Origin: Candidatus Binatia bacterium
Lineage (GTDB): Bacteria > Desulfobacterota > Binatia > Bin18
Length of the DNA stretch: 64,000 nucleotides
Assembly: GCA_963664395.2 (NCBI GenBank)
Contig: OY761159.2
Span: 1,792,001-1,856,000, forward strand
Direction: 5' to 3'
Every line of letters starts with the position of its first letter. The first letter of the stretch is position 1. Of this stretch, positions 1 to 9,123 are shown piece after piece. The position numbers and the translations under genes are program-made. The notes below the pieces were generated by a model, which did no database searches, was not told the origin of the DNA, and saw nothing but the letters and a program-made list of their open reading frames with translations.

Positions 1-57
1 TGCGCTGTACCCAAATATCTTTTTAGATATAGGCAGTTGTCTAAGGAGGGACTCTTA

Positions 58-1308
58 ATGATGTATCGGGGCGTTCGGATACTTATCAGTTGGTGGGTTG
101 GACTCATGGTGTGGACCGGGGGGTCTGGTGAGGCCCAAGAAGCCGGTCCCCAAGACGTGCCCGGCCCAGCGGTGCCGGCGGAACTCAGGACGTGGTTGAC
201 GCAGACCGCCACACCGCGGGCGCTCCCGCCCGGTTCCTACCCGGCTGAGGAGCTGGTCGGAGTGCTCCCGCCCCATGCGCCCCAACTGCTGGCCTCCGAA
301 GCGACCAATGGCACGGCCCCTGCGCTCGATGTGGTCGCCGCCCGTACGTATGATGTCCTGGTTTCGGACAGCGTCCATCAACTGAACCCGAACGGTGAAC
401 TCGATGACACCACGCGCTGCGGGCGAGAGTTGCCCTTTCCGGTCCTCGCTCCCGACGTGAGCCGCGCCGGACTGAAGGCCGTCTGGAACCTGTTGTGTCG
501 GAATCGGGGCGGGAGCTTTGAGTATCTCGGGCATACCTTTCGCGGCTCAGGTCCAAACCCTCATCGGACCCTTATCATCAATGGCTGGAATGGCTGGGGG
601 CCGCAGGGCTTCGGCCTCCGCGCGCTGACGCTCGCCCCAGGCGACCAAAAGGACAACCAAATGATGGGCTGGATGCCGTGGGCGCGGGACAAGGCCGAGA
701 GCTTCTATGTGTATAATATGAAGATGCGTCGGCCGCGCCAGGCGTCGACCACGCGGGGCGATAAAATGGCGGGGACCCAATTCACCCGCGAGCATGCCTT
801 TGGCTGGGAAGGGCAGTTCTTTTTTTATGACTGGGAGATGCTGGGCGAGCGCCCGGTCCTGACGGCGTTCGACAGTCGGCACGAGTTTCCCCAGTATTTG
901 CCCGTCAACCGCTGGTTTGCAGACGACCAGTGGATGCTCCGGCCGGCCTTCCTGGTGGTCGGCAAACGCGCCCACAAAGGTGCCGGCTCGGGGTATGTGG
1001 CGCTGTGGCTCGACACGGTCACGTTCGAGCCGTTGTGGACGGTATTTTATACGGAGGCCGGGACCGCGCGGAATATCCTGGGGCTCACGTTCAAGTGGGA
1101 TACTCAGTACCAGCGACATGTGACTCTCGGCATGAGCGCGGTAGACTTGGACGCCAATGGGGTCCCTGTGACAGGGACCGCGTTCGAGGCAAATTTTTGC
1201 AGCATCCTGCACCACCCGGATGCACCTGCTGACCCTGCGAGCTATAACGGTCAACAGTTGGGCAAGAAACCGTTCAACTGGAGCCACCGGCCTGCAGGGT
1301 GCGAGTAA
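58..1308 (+). CDS. DUF1329-like exported/outer-membrane lipoprotein-sorting family protein
   Basis: N-terminal signal-like segment; 'LPFP...GLKAVWN', 'YVYNMKMRRPRQ' and 'W.LRP..VV' motifs resemble DUF1329. ATG at 58/61 follows an aggaggg RBS. Confidence 0.6.
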   Translation: MMYRGVRILISWWVGLMVWTGGSGEAQEAGPQDVPGPAVPAELRTWLTQTATPRALPPGSYPAEELVGVLPPHAPQLLASEATNGTAPALDVVAARTYDVLVSDSVHQLNPNGELDDTTRCGRELPFPVLAPDVSRAGLKAVWNLLCRNRGGSFEYLGHTFRGSGPNPHRTLIINGWNGWGPQGFGLRALTLAPGDQKDNQMMGWMPWARDKAESFYVYNMKMRRPRQASTTRGDKMAGTQFTREHAFGWEGQFFFYDWEMLGERPVLTAFDSRHEFPQYLPVNRWFADDQWMLRPAFLVVGKRAHKGAGSGYVALWLDTVTFEPLWTVFYTEAGTARNILGLTFKWDTQYQRHVTLGMSAVDLDANGVPVTGTAFEANFCSILHHPDAPADPASYNGQQLGKKPFNWSHRPAGCE

Positions 1309-1511
1309 AGAGTCGGGCATGAGTCTGCTCAACAAGACCGCCACAAGCGCACATCTCCGGCGAGCTGTATAACGACTCCGGTGTGTCCGCCGCATATTAC
1401 TTGACAGGCCCGGCCTGTTGACTACGCTCGCGAGTGACGACACAGGTGGCAGCGCATGGGCAGAACAAACGGAACATTATCTTGTTCCACACGACCCGAG
1501 AGGAGAAACAT

Positions 1512-2261
1512 ATGACAACAGAGGTAGCCCTGATCGTCGGGGCCGGTCCGGGAACGAGCGCGAGTTGCGCCAGACTCTTTTCCCGCGAGGGCATGCAGGT
1601 GGCAGTTGCCGCCCGCAGCCCGGATAAACCCGTACTCAAGCAACTGGAGCGTGAGCACGGCGTGCGGTGCTATGCGTGCGACGCGCGGGAGCCCGAGGCC
1701 GTGGAGGCACTGTTTCAAGCAGTGCAGGCTGACCTCGGACGGCCCACGCTGGTCGTACACAATATCGACGGCCGCACCCCGGACATTTTCCGCAAAGACC
1801 TCGCCGAGGCCGACCCCGGCTTGGTACGCGACACCCTGCTGAACTCCACGTATAGCGCCTTCCTCGTAGGCCAACAGGCGACAAAAAGCATGCTGGCCAG
1901 CTCGCCCGGTGCCGACGGCCACCGGGGCACCATCATTTTCACCAATGCCAGCGCGGCCTATAAGGGCTACCCGCGGAGTGGCGCGTTTGCGATGGCCTGT
2001 CAGGGCAAATCGGGTCTGGCCCAGAGTATGGCCAGAGAACTCATGCCCAAGGGCATCCATATTGCCCACGTACCGATTGACGCGGCGATTGGTTGGACTC
2101 AGGAAGACGGAACCCGCTGGCATCGCCTGGCCGGGACAACGGTGGACGACAATATGGCCGACCCGGAGTCCATTGCCGAGACCTATCTGCAACTCCACCG
2201 TCAGCCCCGCTCGACCTGGGCCTTCGAGGTTGTGCTGCGGCCCTGGGTTGAAACGTGGTAG
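1512..2261 (+). CDS. SDR family oxidoreductase
   Basis: Rossmann motif VGAGPGTS; C-terminal 'QLHRQPRSTWAFEVVLRPWVETW' typical of this SDR subfamily; RBS aggag before ATG 1512. Confidence 0.88.
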   Translation: MTTEVALIVGAGPGTSASCARLFSREGMQVAVAARSPDKPVLKQLEREHGVRCYACDAREPEAVEALFQAVQADLGRPTLVVHNIDGRTPDIFRKDLAEADPGLVRDTLLNSTYSAFLVGQQATKSMLASSPGADGHRGTIIFTNASAAYKGYPRSGAFAMACQGKSGLAQSMARELMPKGIHIAHVPIDAAIGWTQEDGTRWHRLAGTTVDDNMADPESIAETYLQLHRQPRSTWAFEVVLRPWVETW

Positions 2262-2334
2262 CGCCGATTGCGGCTTGACTCTCCTGTGGAATTCGCATGA
2301 AGTGCAGACAGCTTTCAATGAAAAGGAGGAGAGT

Positions 2335-3180
2335 ATGAAGTTTGGTGTTGTCATGTTCGCGACGGATTACGCCATCCGTCCTGACGAGTTTGCCAAAGAG
2401 TGCGAAGACCGCGGCTTTGAGTCGGTCTGGTATCCGGAGCATACCCATATTCCGGCCAGTCGGCGCAGTCCGTGGCCGGGTGGCGGTGAGTTACCCAAAG
2501 ACTATTGGCATACCCACGATTTGTTCGTTTCGCTGATGGCGGCTGCGGCAGCCACGAAAACGATCAAGGTCGGTAGTGGCATCTGCCTGGTACAGGAGCA
2601 CGACCCCATCAAGCTCGCCAAGGAAGTAGCCACGGTAGACCAACTCTCGAACGGGCGTTTGCTGTTTGGGATTGGCGGCGGCTGGAATGCCGAAGAAATG
2701 GAAAACCACGGCACGCCCTTTGACCGCCGTTGGAAGATCCTGCGCGAAAAAATCGAGGCCATGAAAGCCATCTGGACGGAAGAGGAAGCCGAGTATCACG
2801 GCGAGTTTGTGAATTTCGATCCGATCTGGTCCTATCCCAAACCGCTGCAGAAACCCCATCCGCCCATTCTGTTGGGGGCCCATACCCCGGGCGGTTTGAA
2901 TCGGGTCGCCAACTACTGCGACGGCTGGATTCCGATTGGGCCCAGAATTCCCGACCTCAAGGGCTGGATCGGCGATATGCAGGCGCGGGCGGAAAAGTTC
3001 GGCCGTCAGGCCGCGGACCTGGCCGTATCCGCTTTTATGGCTCCTGCCGAGGAGGCGGTGATCAACCAGTATCAGGAACTGGGGATCGAACGCTCAATCT
3101 TCGCCGTTCCGTCCGAGAGCCGAGACACGGTCTTGCCGATTCTGGACAAGTACGCCGCGTTTATGTCGAGTATGAGCTAG
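2335..3180 (+). CDS. LLM class F420-dependent oxidoreductase
   Basis: MKFGVVMFATDY, 'GFESVWYPEHTHIP' and 'LSNGRLLFGIGGGWNAEEMENHG'; RBS aggaggag before ATG 2335, so the upstream extension in the ORF track is spurious. Confidence 0.9.
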   Translation: MKFGVVMFATDYAIRPDEFAKECEDRGFESVWYPEHTHIPASRRSPWPGGGELPKDYWHTHDLFVSLMAAAAATKTIKVGSGICLVQEHDPIKLAKEVATVDQLSNGRLLFGIGGGWNAEEMENHGTPFDRRWKILREKIEAMKAIWTEEEAEYHGEFVNFDPIWSYPKPLQKPHPPILLGAHTPGGLNRVANYCDGWIPIGPRIPDLKGWIGDMQARAEKFGRQAADLAVSAFMAPAEEAVINQYQELGIERSIFAVPSESRDTVLPILDKYAAFMSSMS

Positions 3181-3217
3181 ATGAGCTAGATGAACGAACT
3201 GTCAGGAGGAAGAGCGT

Positions 3218-3940
3218 ATGATCGATTTACACTATTGGCCCACCCCGAACGGCAAGAAGGTCACCATTCTATTGGAAGAGTGCGGCATGGCGTACAAGAT
3301 GATCCCGTGCAATATCGCCCAAGGGGATCAGTTCACGGACGAGTTTCTCAATATCTGCCCCAATAACCGGATGCCGGCCCTGGTGGACCACGAGCCGCTC
3401 GGCGGGGGCGAGCCGCTCAGCATCTTCGAGTCCGGGGCGATGATGATGTATATCGCCGAGAAGGCCGGACAGTTTTATCCCCAGGATGTCCGCGGCCGCT
3501 ACGAGGTCAATCAGTGGCTGATGTGGCAGATGGCCAACCAGGGACCCAAGAGTGGCGAGTGCGGTCATTTTCGTCGCTTGGGCGACGACCAGGGCGACCA
3601 GACCTACGCGGTCCGGCGTTTTACGGATGAGGTCAATCGCCTGTTCGGCGTGCTGAACAATCAGTTATATCGGCAGCCCTATCTGGCCGGAAAGGAATAC
3701 ACCATTGCCGACATGATCTGTTACCCCTGGGCGGTCAACTGGGAAGCCCAGGGCCAGGACATCGACGAGTTCAAATACTTCAAGCGCTGGTTTGAAGAAC
3801 TCTCGGAACGCGAGGGCGTCAAAAAAGGCATGGCCGTTGGCAGCGACCTTGGCTTCGACGTCACCAAGCTCTCACAGGAAGAGAAAGACCAGTTGCGCAA
3901 AATGCTCTACAACCAACGCGCCCGCCCCGTCCCGGCATAG
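3218..3940 (+). CDS. Glutathione S-transferase (YfcG/Nu-class-like)
   Basis: MIDLHYWPTPNGKKV, PNNRMPAL, IFESGA and YTIADM motifs. Confidence 0.92.
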   Translation: MIDLHYWPTPNGKKVTILLEECGMAYKMIPCNIAQGDQFTDEFLNICPNNRMPALVDHEPLGGGEPLSIFESGAMMMYIAEKAGQFYPQDVRGRYEVNQWLMWQMANQGPKSGECGHFRRLGDDQGDQTYAVRRFTDEVNRLFGVLNNQLYRQPYLAGKEYTIADMICYPWAVNWEAQGQDIDEFKYFKRWFEELSEREGVKKGMAVGSDLGFDVTKLSQEEKDQLRKMLYNQRARPVPA

Positions 3941-4003
3941 TTGGGATGCCGGGTGAGGCGGTGCTCACCCGAGCCACATCTTTTGGTTAAACCGGAATAG
4001 CCT

Positions 4004-4486
4004 ATGGCAGTTACATACTTAGACCAAGAGATTGAGTTGTTGGTACAGGAGCGCAAGCCTCTACCGGTAGGCTGGCGCAATCAGATTCGTCTAAAATCCA
4101 AGCGAGGGCACGACGAACAGCAATTGGATTTGGTCGGTGAGACAGAGCACAAGTTTCGCCTTATTCTCAGGCGGAACAGCTTTAATCTGGTTGACTTCTC
4201 AATCATCCTGGCTGTTCGAGTCTCTCAGTCAAGTCAACTTTTTCGACTTCTTCGCTATAATGGTAGGAGCCACGAGCACACCAACCATATAGAAAATGAG
4301 ACATTCTATCACTTTCACATTCACTTTGCGACGGAGCGGTATCAGCAACTCGGAACCCGAGAGGACGCTTACGCCAAGCCAACCGACCGCTACAGCGACT
4401 TCGATGGCGCCTTGCGCTGTTTGCTTGATGACATGAATCTTGAGGGTCCACCCGATCCACAAGGTACCCTTTTTGAGGAGGGCTAA
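4004..4486 (+). CDS. Hypothetical protein, DUF6978-like
   Basis: 'LLRYNGRSHEHTNHIE...FHIHFATERY' His-rich motif; lies 3 bp upstream of a DUF1828-like gene; lower GC than flanks. Confidence 0.6.
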   Translation: MAVTYLDQEIELLVQERKPLPVGWRNQIRLKSKRGHDEQQLDLVGETEHKFRLILRRNSFNLVDFSIILAVRVSQSSQLFRLLRYNGRSHEHTNHIENETFYHFHIHFATERYQQLGTREDAYAKPTDRYSDFDGALRCLLDDMNLEGPPDPQGTLFEEG

Positions 4487-4489
4487 GAG

Positions 4490-5263
4490 ATGTCTATCGA
4501 GACTATAGAGCAAGACTTTCATAAGAAGGTCTCGGCACAGGTCCGGCTCGCAGCCGAGGGTCTGGGGCGCTTCCGCGTGTTCACCCCCTTCCTGTTTGAG
4601 GACGGTGACCACTTGGCCATCGTCCTCAGACAGGAAGGCTCGCGGTGGATACTGTCCGACGAAGCGCACACGTACATGCATCTGACCTACGACATAGATG
4701 AAAAGGAACTTCATAGAGGCACGCGTCAGAAAATCATCTCAAACGCACTGTCCACATTCCATGTCGAAGACCGTAATGGTGAGTTGGTACTCGATGTACC
4801 GGATGAGCGCTACGGTGACGCGTTGTATTCTTTTGTCCAGGCACTTCTCAAGATATCCGACGTATCGTACCTGTCTCGGGAACAGGTTCGTTCTGCGTTC
4901 ATGGACGATTTTCGCGATCTGTTAAGCGGAACTGTCCCAGAAGAGCGCAGGAGTTTCGGCTGGAGCGACCCTAAACACGACCCCAAGGGCATCTATACTG
5001 TGGACTGCCGAATCAACGGTATGTCTCGGCCGCTATTCGTTCATGCCCTTAACGGCGACGACAGGACCCGTGACGCCACAATCGCGTTACTCCAATTCGA
5101 AAAGTGGGAGATTCGATTCCGTTCCCTGGCTATCTTTGAGGATCAGGAGTCAATCAATCGTAAGGTGCTGGCACGCTTCAGCGACGTCTGCGAGAAACAG
5201 TTTTCGAGCCTCACTGCGAATCGCGATAGGATTACCCACTTCCTGGAGGAAAACATCTTCTGA
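4490..5263 (+). CDS. DUF1828(/DUF1829)-like protein
   Basis: N-terminal '[18 protein letters not shown]...WILSDEAHT' is DUF1828-like; C-terminal '[17 protein letters not shown]' may be a PD-(D/E)xK-like fold. Confidence 0.7.
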   Translation: MSIETIEQDFHKKVSAQVRLAAEGLGRFRVFTPFLFEDGDHLAIVLRQEGSRWILSDEAHTYMHLTYDIDEKELHRGTRQKIISNALSTFHVEDRNGELVLDVPDERYGDALYSFVQALLKISDVSYLSREQVRSAFMDDFRDLLSGTVPEERRSFGWSDPKHDPKGIYTVDCRINGMSRPLFVHALNGDDRTRDATIALLQFEKWEIRFRSLAIFEDQESINRKVLARFSDVCEKQFSSLTANRDRITHFLEENIF

Positions 5264-5278
5264 GTGAGACTACGATAG

Positions 5279-5338
5279 GCAGAAGTTGCCGTGGTCTTCG
5301 TAATACACGATGATTCCGTTGGTTTCGACAAAAGGCAT
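5279..5338 (-). pseudogene. 5' remnant of an alpha/beta hydrolase
   Basis: RBS gggagagggg then MPFVETNGIIVYYEDHG, a typical hydrolase N-terminus, which stops after about 22 codons at the edge of the DUF1828 insert. Confidence 0.5.
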
Positions 5339-5512
5339 GCCCCTCTCCCTTCCGGCCGGGACCGTAGCGCACTCACATGCAACATACCGAGGGCGTACGA
5401 CATGGTCGGGAAGGCGATGTCTCAAAGGTCCGAGACGGCAATGAAAAACGCGGGGAAAAGGTTGGCTCCCGCCCGGTGACATGGGCAGGAGCCGAGAGAA
5501 CGGAAGGGAGGC

Positions 5513-6610
5513 TTAGGCAACCGCTTTTTGGTCCAACTGCTGCAAGCGCGGCATGACCTCGGCCGCGAACAGCCGCATGCTCTGCTCGCTGTCTTCATAC
5601 GGCATGCCGCCATAACTGAACACACCGGTGAAGGCGTCGCAGCCGATCTTGGAGCGGATCTCGAGGACTTTCTCAAAACACTGGTCCGGCGTGCCCCAGA
5701 CCTGGAGGTTGAGGAAAAAATCGGTTACGCCCTCAGCACTGCTCAGCGCCTCAGACATCTTGCCGTAGTATTCGTAGCCCTTGGTCTTGGCGAAATGGTC
5801 ACCACCAAAATTGTAGTGTTTCATGGCCGACTGCCAGTAGGCGCCGATGTAGCGCCGGGCCATCTCTTCGGCGCGGCCGGCATCCTTATCACAGAAGACC
5901 CAGCCGCCGGCGATCGGCGCCGGTGCCTCGGCAGCGTTGGCCTCACGGTAGATCGTCCGGTACGTATCCAGCTCTACCGCCACGTCTTCCCACGGCTTCT
6001 GGGGAATGATCAGGATGCCGACACCCAGACGAGCCATGATCTCGGACGACTCGGGTGAAACCGCGGCGGCATACGTCCGGCCCTTAAAGGATTTGAACGG
6101 CTTGGGACGGATGTCTTTCTTGGGCTGGGTATAGTACTGGCCCGCATACTCGCAGTAGCCCCGTTCGAGTCCGGTCAGGACCATATCCGCGGCCTCGACA
6201 AAGCGTTCGCGGGACTCACCCATATCGACCCGGAAGCCCTCGAACTCGACCTGCCCGGCGCCGCGCCCGAGCCCCAGAATCAGCCGCCCGTCGCACATAT
6301 CGTCCAACATCGCAATTTCTTCCGCCACCCGCATGGGATCGTGCCAGGGCAGTACGACGACCATCGAGCCCAGCTTCACTGTCTTGGTCCGACCGGCCAT
6401 ATAGGTCAGGAACTGGAGCACGTCGGGCACCATGGTGTAATCGGTAAAGTGGTGCTCAACGCTCCAAATCGAATCAAAGCCAAGTGGCTCGGCCAAATCG
6501 GCCAACCGAATCTCATTTTTGTAGACCTCATAGTCCGAGATCTTCTGCGCCGGGTTTTGGCAGATCGCAGCCATACCGATCTGCATCGGCGAATCGAGTT
6601 GTGCTGTCAT
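5513..6610 (-). CDS. LLM class flavin-dependent oxidoreductase
   Basis: LAEPLGFDSIWSVEHHF and GRLILGLGRG motifs; RBS gaaggagg before ATG 6610. Confidence 0.9.
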   Translation of the reverse strand: MTAQLDSPMQIGMAAICQNPAQKISDYEVYKNEIRLADLAEPLGFDSIWSVEHHFTDYTMVPDVLQFLTYMAGRTKTVKLGSMVVVLPWHDPMRVAEEIAMLDDMCDGRLILGLGRGAGQVEFEGFRVDMGESRERFVEAADMVLTGLERGYCEYAGQYYTQPKKDIRPKPFKSFKGRTYAAAVSPESSEIMARLGVGILIIPQKPWEDVAVELDTYRTIYREANAAEAPAPIAGGWVFCDKDAGRAEEMARRYIGAYWQSAMKHYNFGGDHFAKTKGYEYYGKMSEALSSAEGVTDFFLNLQVWGTPDQCFEKVLEIRSKIGCDAFTGVFSYGGMPYEDSEQSMRLFAAEVMPRLQQLDQKAVA

Positions 6611-6713
6611 AGTCCGTGTCCTCCTTCGGGTCGTGGTAATACTCTGGCGCTCGTCTTCAGAAGCCCGCAGAGTAGCGCAGGTGAAAAAAGTAAAGATAGC
6701 TGGCGATCCGCGC

Positions 6714-6738
6714 GGTGCTGTCCTAATAAAAAGTTGCT
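6714..6738 (+). repeat. Left terminal inverted repeat
   Basis: GGTnnTG start typical of IS1 family; reverse complement of 10073-10097 with 2 mismatches. Confidence 0.95.
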
Positions 6739-6743
6739 CCAAG

Positions 6744-6781
6744 TTGCCAGTGTCTTGACTTTTGATCTATGCTTTAAGCAT
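6744..6781 (+). promoter_or_regulatory. Putative sigma70 promoter with operator palindrome for the small basic protein (leaderless)
   Basis: TTGCCA(6744-6749)-18 nt-TATGCT(6768-6773); ATG 6 nt later with no SD; palindrome ATGCTT-t-AAGCAT (6769-6781) overlaps the -10 box and start codon. Confidence 0.5.
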
Positions 6782-7037
6782 GGCAGAGCAGTCAAGTAAG
6801 CGACGCAAGAAGAACGATCCCGTTGATACTAACGAATTGGCCTTCGATATTGTCCAGGACCTGACCTCGGAAGAACCAAGAGAAGTCCCACAGGAGAAAA
6901 ATTCGGCAGCCATTGAACGCGGACGACTCGGCGGATTGAAGGGTGGGAAAGCACGAGCCAGGGGGGTGCCTGCCGAAAAGAGATCTCAAATTGCAAGAAA
7001 GGCAGCGCAGACAAGATGGGCAAACACTAAAGACTAG
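6780..7037 (+). CDS. Small basic IS-associated protein (GRLGGLKGGKARA motif; often annotated histone H1-like or RNA-binding)
   Basis: 'D.NELAFDIV...KNSAAIERGRLGGLKGGKARA...KRSQIARKAAQTRW', a pattern I recognise from IS1/IS1595 passenger genes. Confidence 0.75.
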   Translation: MAEQSSKRRKKNDPVDTNELAFDIVQDLTSEEPREVPQEKNSAAIERGRLGGLKGGKARARGVPAEKRSQIARKAAQTRWANTKD

Positions 7038-7516
7038 GCTGCCTCATCCTCGGCGTTCTTCTCTGCTTCAATTTCAGCTAGGTCGTCAGTAAAATCGAAT
7101 GACATGGGAATCGGATTATCTGGACAACTGTTCTCGTTGAAACTATCCCCGTCCGTTTTGAGCTGCTGGCAATCGTCAACGATAAGATTGCGCCTCTGCT
7201 GAAATGCGACAGCCATGTGGTCCCGGTTTTTACTCCGGATATCCTCCCATATATGCCGCTGTTCGTCGCCCTCATTAAGGAGGGCGACATGCTTGGTTCG
7301 CACCTTACGGCCTTGCGGATCGATATAATACTCCTCTCGCATCGCCTTTGATATCTGCTCTGCACACAGAGTGTGAATTTTGGATGGATGCGGTTTCCAG
7401 AGACCATTTTCAATGGCCCACGCGGCGATTCTTCTCGCCGTAGTAGGCCAGGGCTGATCGGCTTCCCGGTACTGCTCAACAAGTCGCTGCATATTTTGCG
7501 CATATGAACGTCCCAT
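7034..7516 (-). CDS. Hypothetical protein, third gene of the higBA operon
   Basis: 160-aa ORF with RBS aggagg, 16 bp downstream of higA; protein-like motifs 'IAAWAIENGLW', 'DPQGRKVRTKH' and 'FQQRRNLIVDDCQQLKTD'. Confidence 0.75.
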   Translation of the reverse strand: MGRSYAQNMQRLVEQYREADQPWPTTARRIAAWAIENGLWKPHPSKIHTLCAEQISKAMREEYYIDPQGRKVRTKHVALLNEGDEQRHIWEDIRSKNRDHMAVAFQQRRNLIVDDCQQLKTDGDSFNENSCPDNPIPMSFDFTDDLAEIEAEKNAEDEAA

Positions 7517-7532
7517 ACTGACCTCCTGACTT

Positions 7533-8675
7533 TTACAAACTTACTTCGATGCTATTCCCCCATCCATCAGTGAGGGCTGACCTGGTGACAATCTGTCGGA
7601 CTTTCACAAGCATTTCCCTGTTGTGAGAAAACTTAATTTCGCCTCGGCGTTGGAGCTGACCAGCGACAACGCCGGGGTGGACCTTATGGAGTAGGGCAAA
7701 GCCCCTAATTTTCTGCTTTGAAAACAAAGGCCCTTTCCTAATAATGAAGCTTTCAATAGCCTCCTGAGAAACAAGAAAGTCTGCCGCAAAGCTATCTGCG
7801 AGTCTCTCAGATTCAGGCTTTTGGTCTGTTGAGAGAGCACCTTGACCAACAAGGTTCACATCTATTATCCCCGGCTTCTCCAAGCCGTCACTATTTTTGA
7901 CATGCCAAAGCTCATGCATCAGGGTGAACCAAAACCAGCCAATACGGTCGTACCGGAATGAAAGAGCAACCACTGGCGAATGCTTATCGAGCCAGAGACA
8001 AATACCGTCTATACGTGTTTTAGGAAGTGGCTCAACGACAACAAAACGAATACCTGCTTCCATCAAGATGCGGGGAGCATGGCGTGCTTCTTCTTCTTCA
8101 TGCTTGATGGTGTCTAGTTTCTCTAGGCATGTCTTAAGTGACGCCCGGGAGAAGGGGGGTGCTTCAAGGGCCTCGGCAAGCTGACGCACGCGGAAGAGCC
8201 ACGCGATCTGGGTCAGTGTCGCATCTTCTTGAGCCATAGGCTTTCTTGCTGCATGTGGCCACAAGGTCGGTTCCTGATCTAGATCAGAAATGTGGTAGAA
8301 TTCGCAAACTTGTTTTTCTAAAACGTCGATGGATTCGGAAGGCTCAATCCAATGCCGCCGTATCATCTCCTTTATTGGAGCTTTCTCAAACAACCTTGCT
8401 CGCCTAACGACGCTATCGTCACGCGGCTTTGTTCGAGACAGCCGGTAGGTACTTTCAAGGTTCATCCATAACTGCGCACCTGTTCCAAATGCCTCTCCCA
8501 GCCCTTGCGCTGTCTCTGGGCTTATCGCTCGCTTGCCTGCTAAGATTTCATTAACAAGCTGGAAGGGACGCCCAAGAATTTCAGCAAGGTCCGTTTGCGT
8601 CCACCCACGGGCCTCTAATTCTTCTTTGATGAACTCACCTGGGGGGAAAACCTCAGCTGGTACCCGCTCAACCAT
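7533..8675 (-). CDS. higA: HigA-family antitoxin (XRE HTH) fused to ImmA/IrrE metallopeptidase
   Basis: 'FPPGEFIKEELEARGWTQTDLAEILG...EILAGKRAISPETA..L..AFG...LWMNLE' HigA HTH; 'FWFTLMHELWH' HExxH and 'ERLADSFAADFL'. Confidence 0.9.
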   Translation of the reverse strand: MVERVPAEVFPPGEFIKEELEARGWTQTDLAEILGRPFQLVNEILAGKRAISPETAQGLGEAFGTGAQLWMNLESTYRLSRTKPRDDSVVRRARLFEKAPIKEMIRRHWIEPSESIDVLEKQVCEFYHISDLDQEPTLWPHAARKPMAQEDATLTQIAWLFRVRQLAEALEAPPFSRASLKTCLEKLDTIKHEEEEARHAPRILMEAGIRFVVVEPLPKTRIDGICLWLDKHSPVVALSFRYDRIGWFWFTLMHELWHVKNSDGLEKPGIIDVNLVGQGALSTDQKPESERLADSFAADFLVSQEAIESFIIRKGPLFSKQKIRGFALLHKVHPGVVAGQLQRRGEIKFSHNREMLVKVRQIVTRSALTDGWGNSIEVSL

Positions 8676-8687
8676 AACCTCCCTCTC

Positions 8688-8984
8688 TTAGTGATAATCC
8701 TCAACCGCCACCACTACAACAACTTTAGTTGGAACTTGGTCGTCAAGTTCTAAAATCAAGCGCCATTGGTCATTGAGCCGCATGGAATATTGATGCTTTC
8801 TTTTGCCTTTCAGTTTTTCAAAGCGTAAGGAACGCATCTGGTAAAACACACGCTCATCAGGCGTATCTCGGATGAATTGTAAACGCTTCCGAAACACCCT
8901 TACTACTGCCTGGGAAAATCCTCCGTCAAATTTGGGGTCAGTTTCCAATCGATCCAACCGCCCACCACGAAACCGCACTTCCAT
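8688..8984 (-). CDS. higB: HigB/RelE-family toxin
   Basis: 'SLRFEKLKGKRKHQYSMRLNDQWRLIL...VEDYH' HigB signature; upstream of higA. Confidence 0.9.
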   Translation of the reverse strand: MEVRFRGGRLDRLETDPKFDGGFSQAVVRVFRKRLQFIRDTPDERVFYQMRSLRFEKLKGKRKHQYSMRLNDQWRLILELDDQVPTKVVVVVAVEDYH

Positions 8985-8992
8985 TGGGCACC

Positions 8993-9047
8993 AGATTAGA
9001 ACAGGAGAAGCAAAAAGTCAAATATGATTAGCATACTATGTATGATA
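8993..9047 (-). promoter_or_regulatory. Putative higB promoter (leaderless) and operator
   Basis: Minus strand TTGACT(9021-9016)-17 nt-TAATCT(8998-8993); ATG 8 nt downstream with no SD; imperfect inverted repeat TAGCATAC-tat-GTATGATA at 9029-9047. Confidence 0.5.
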
Positions 9048-9123
9048 GCATGCTTTTATATTTATAATTAGTTCATCCTCAAGCATAATACTAATATAAA
9101 GTTGTCCTTGAGAAAGCTCTCTT

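Noticed and set aside
1909-2334. N-terminal extension of the LLM ORF (similar extensions at 6611-6742, 15235-15381, 18210-18425, 33987-34097 and 52379-52642)
   Set aside because: These overlap other genes or repeats; better downstream starts match the family N-termini, most with a clear RBS.
547-2354. Long minus-strand ORFs 547-1443 and 1422-2354 (and similar ones at 15468-16592, 38456-39511, 48178-49140 and 60406-61281)
   Set aside because: Antisense shadows of well-supported genes, with no recognisable motifs.
3172-3193. Tandem ATGAGCTAG repeat at the LLM stop codon
   Set aside because: Only two full copies; probably replication slippage with no evident function.
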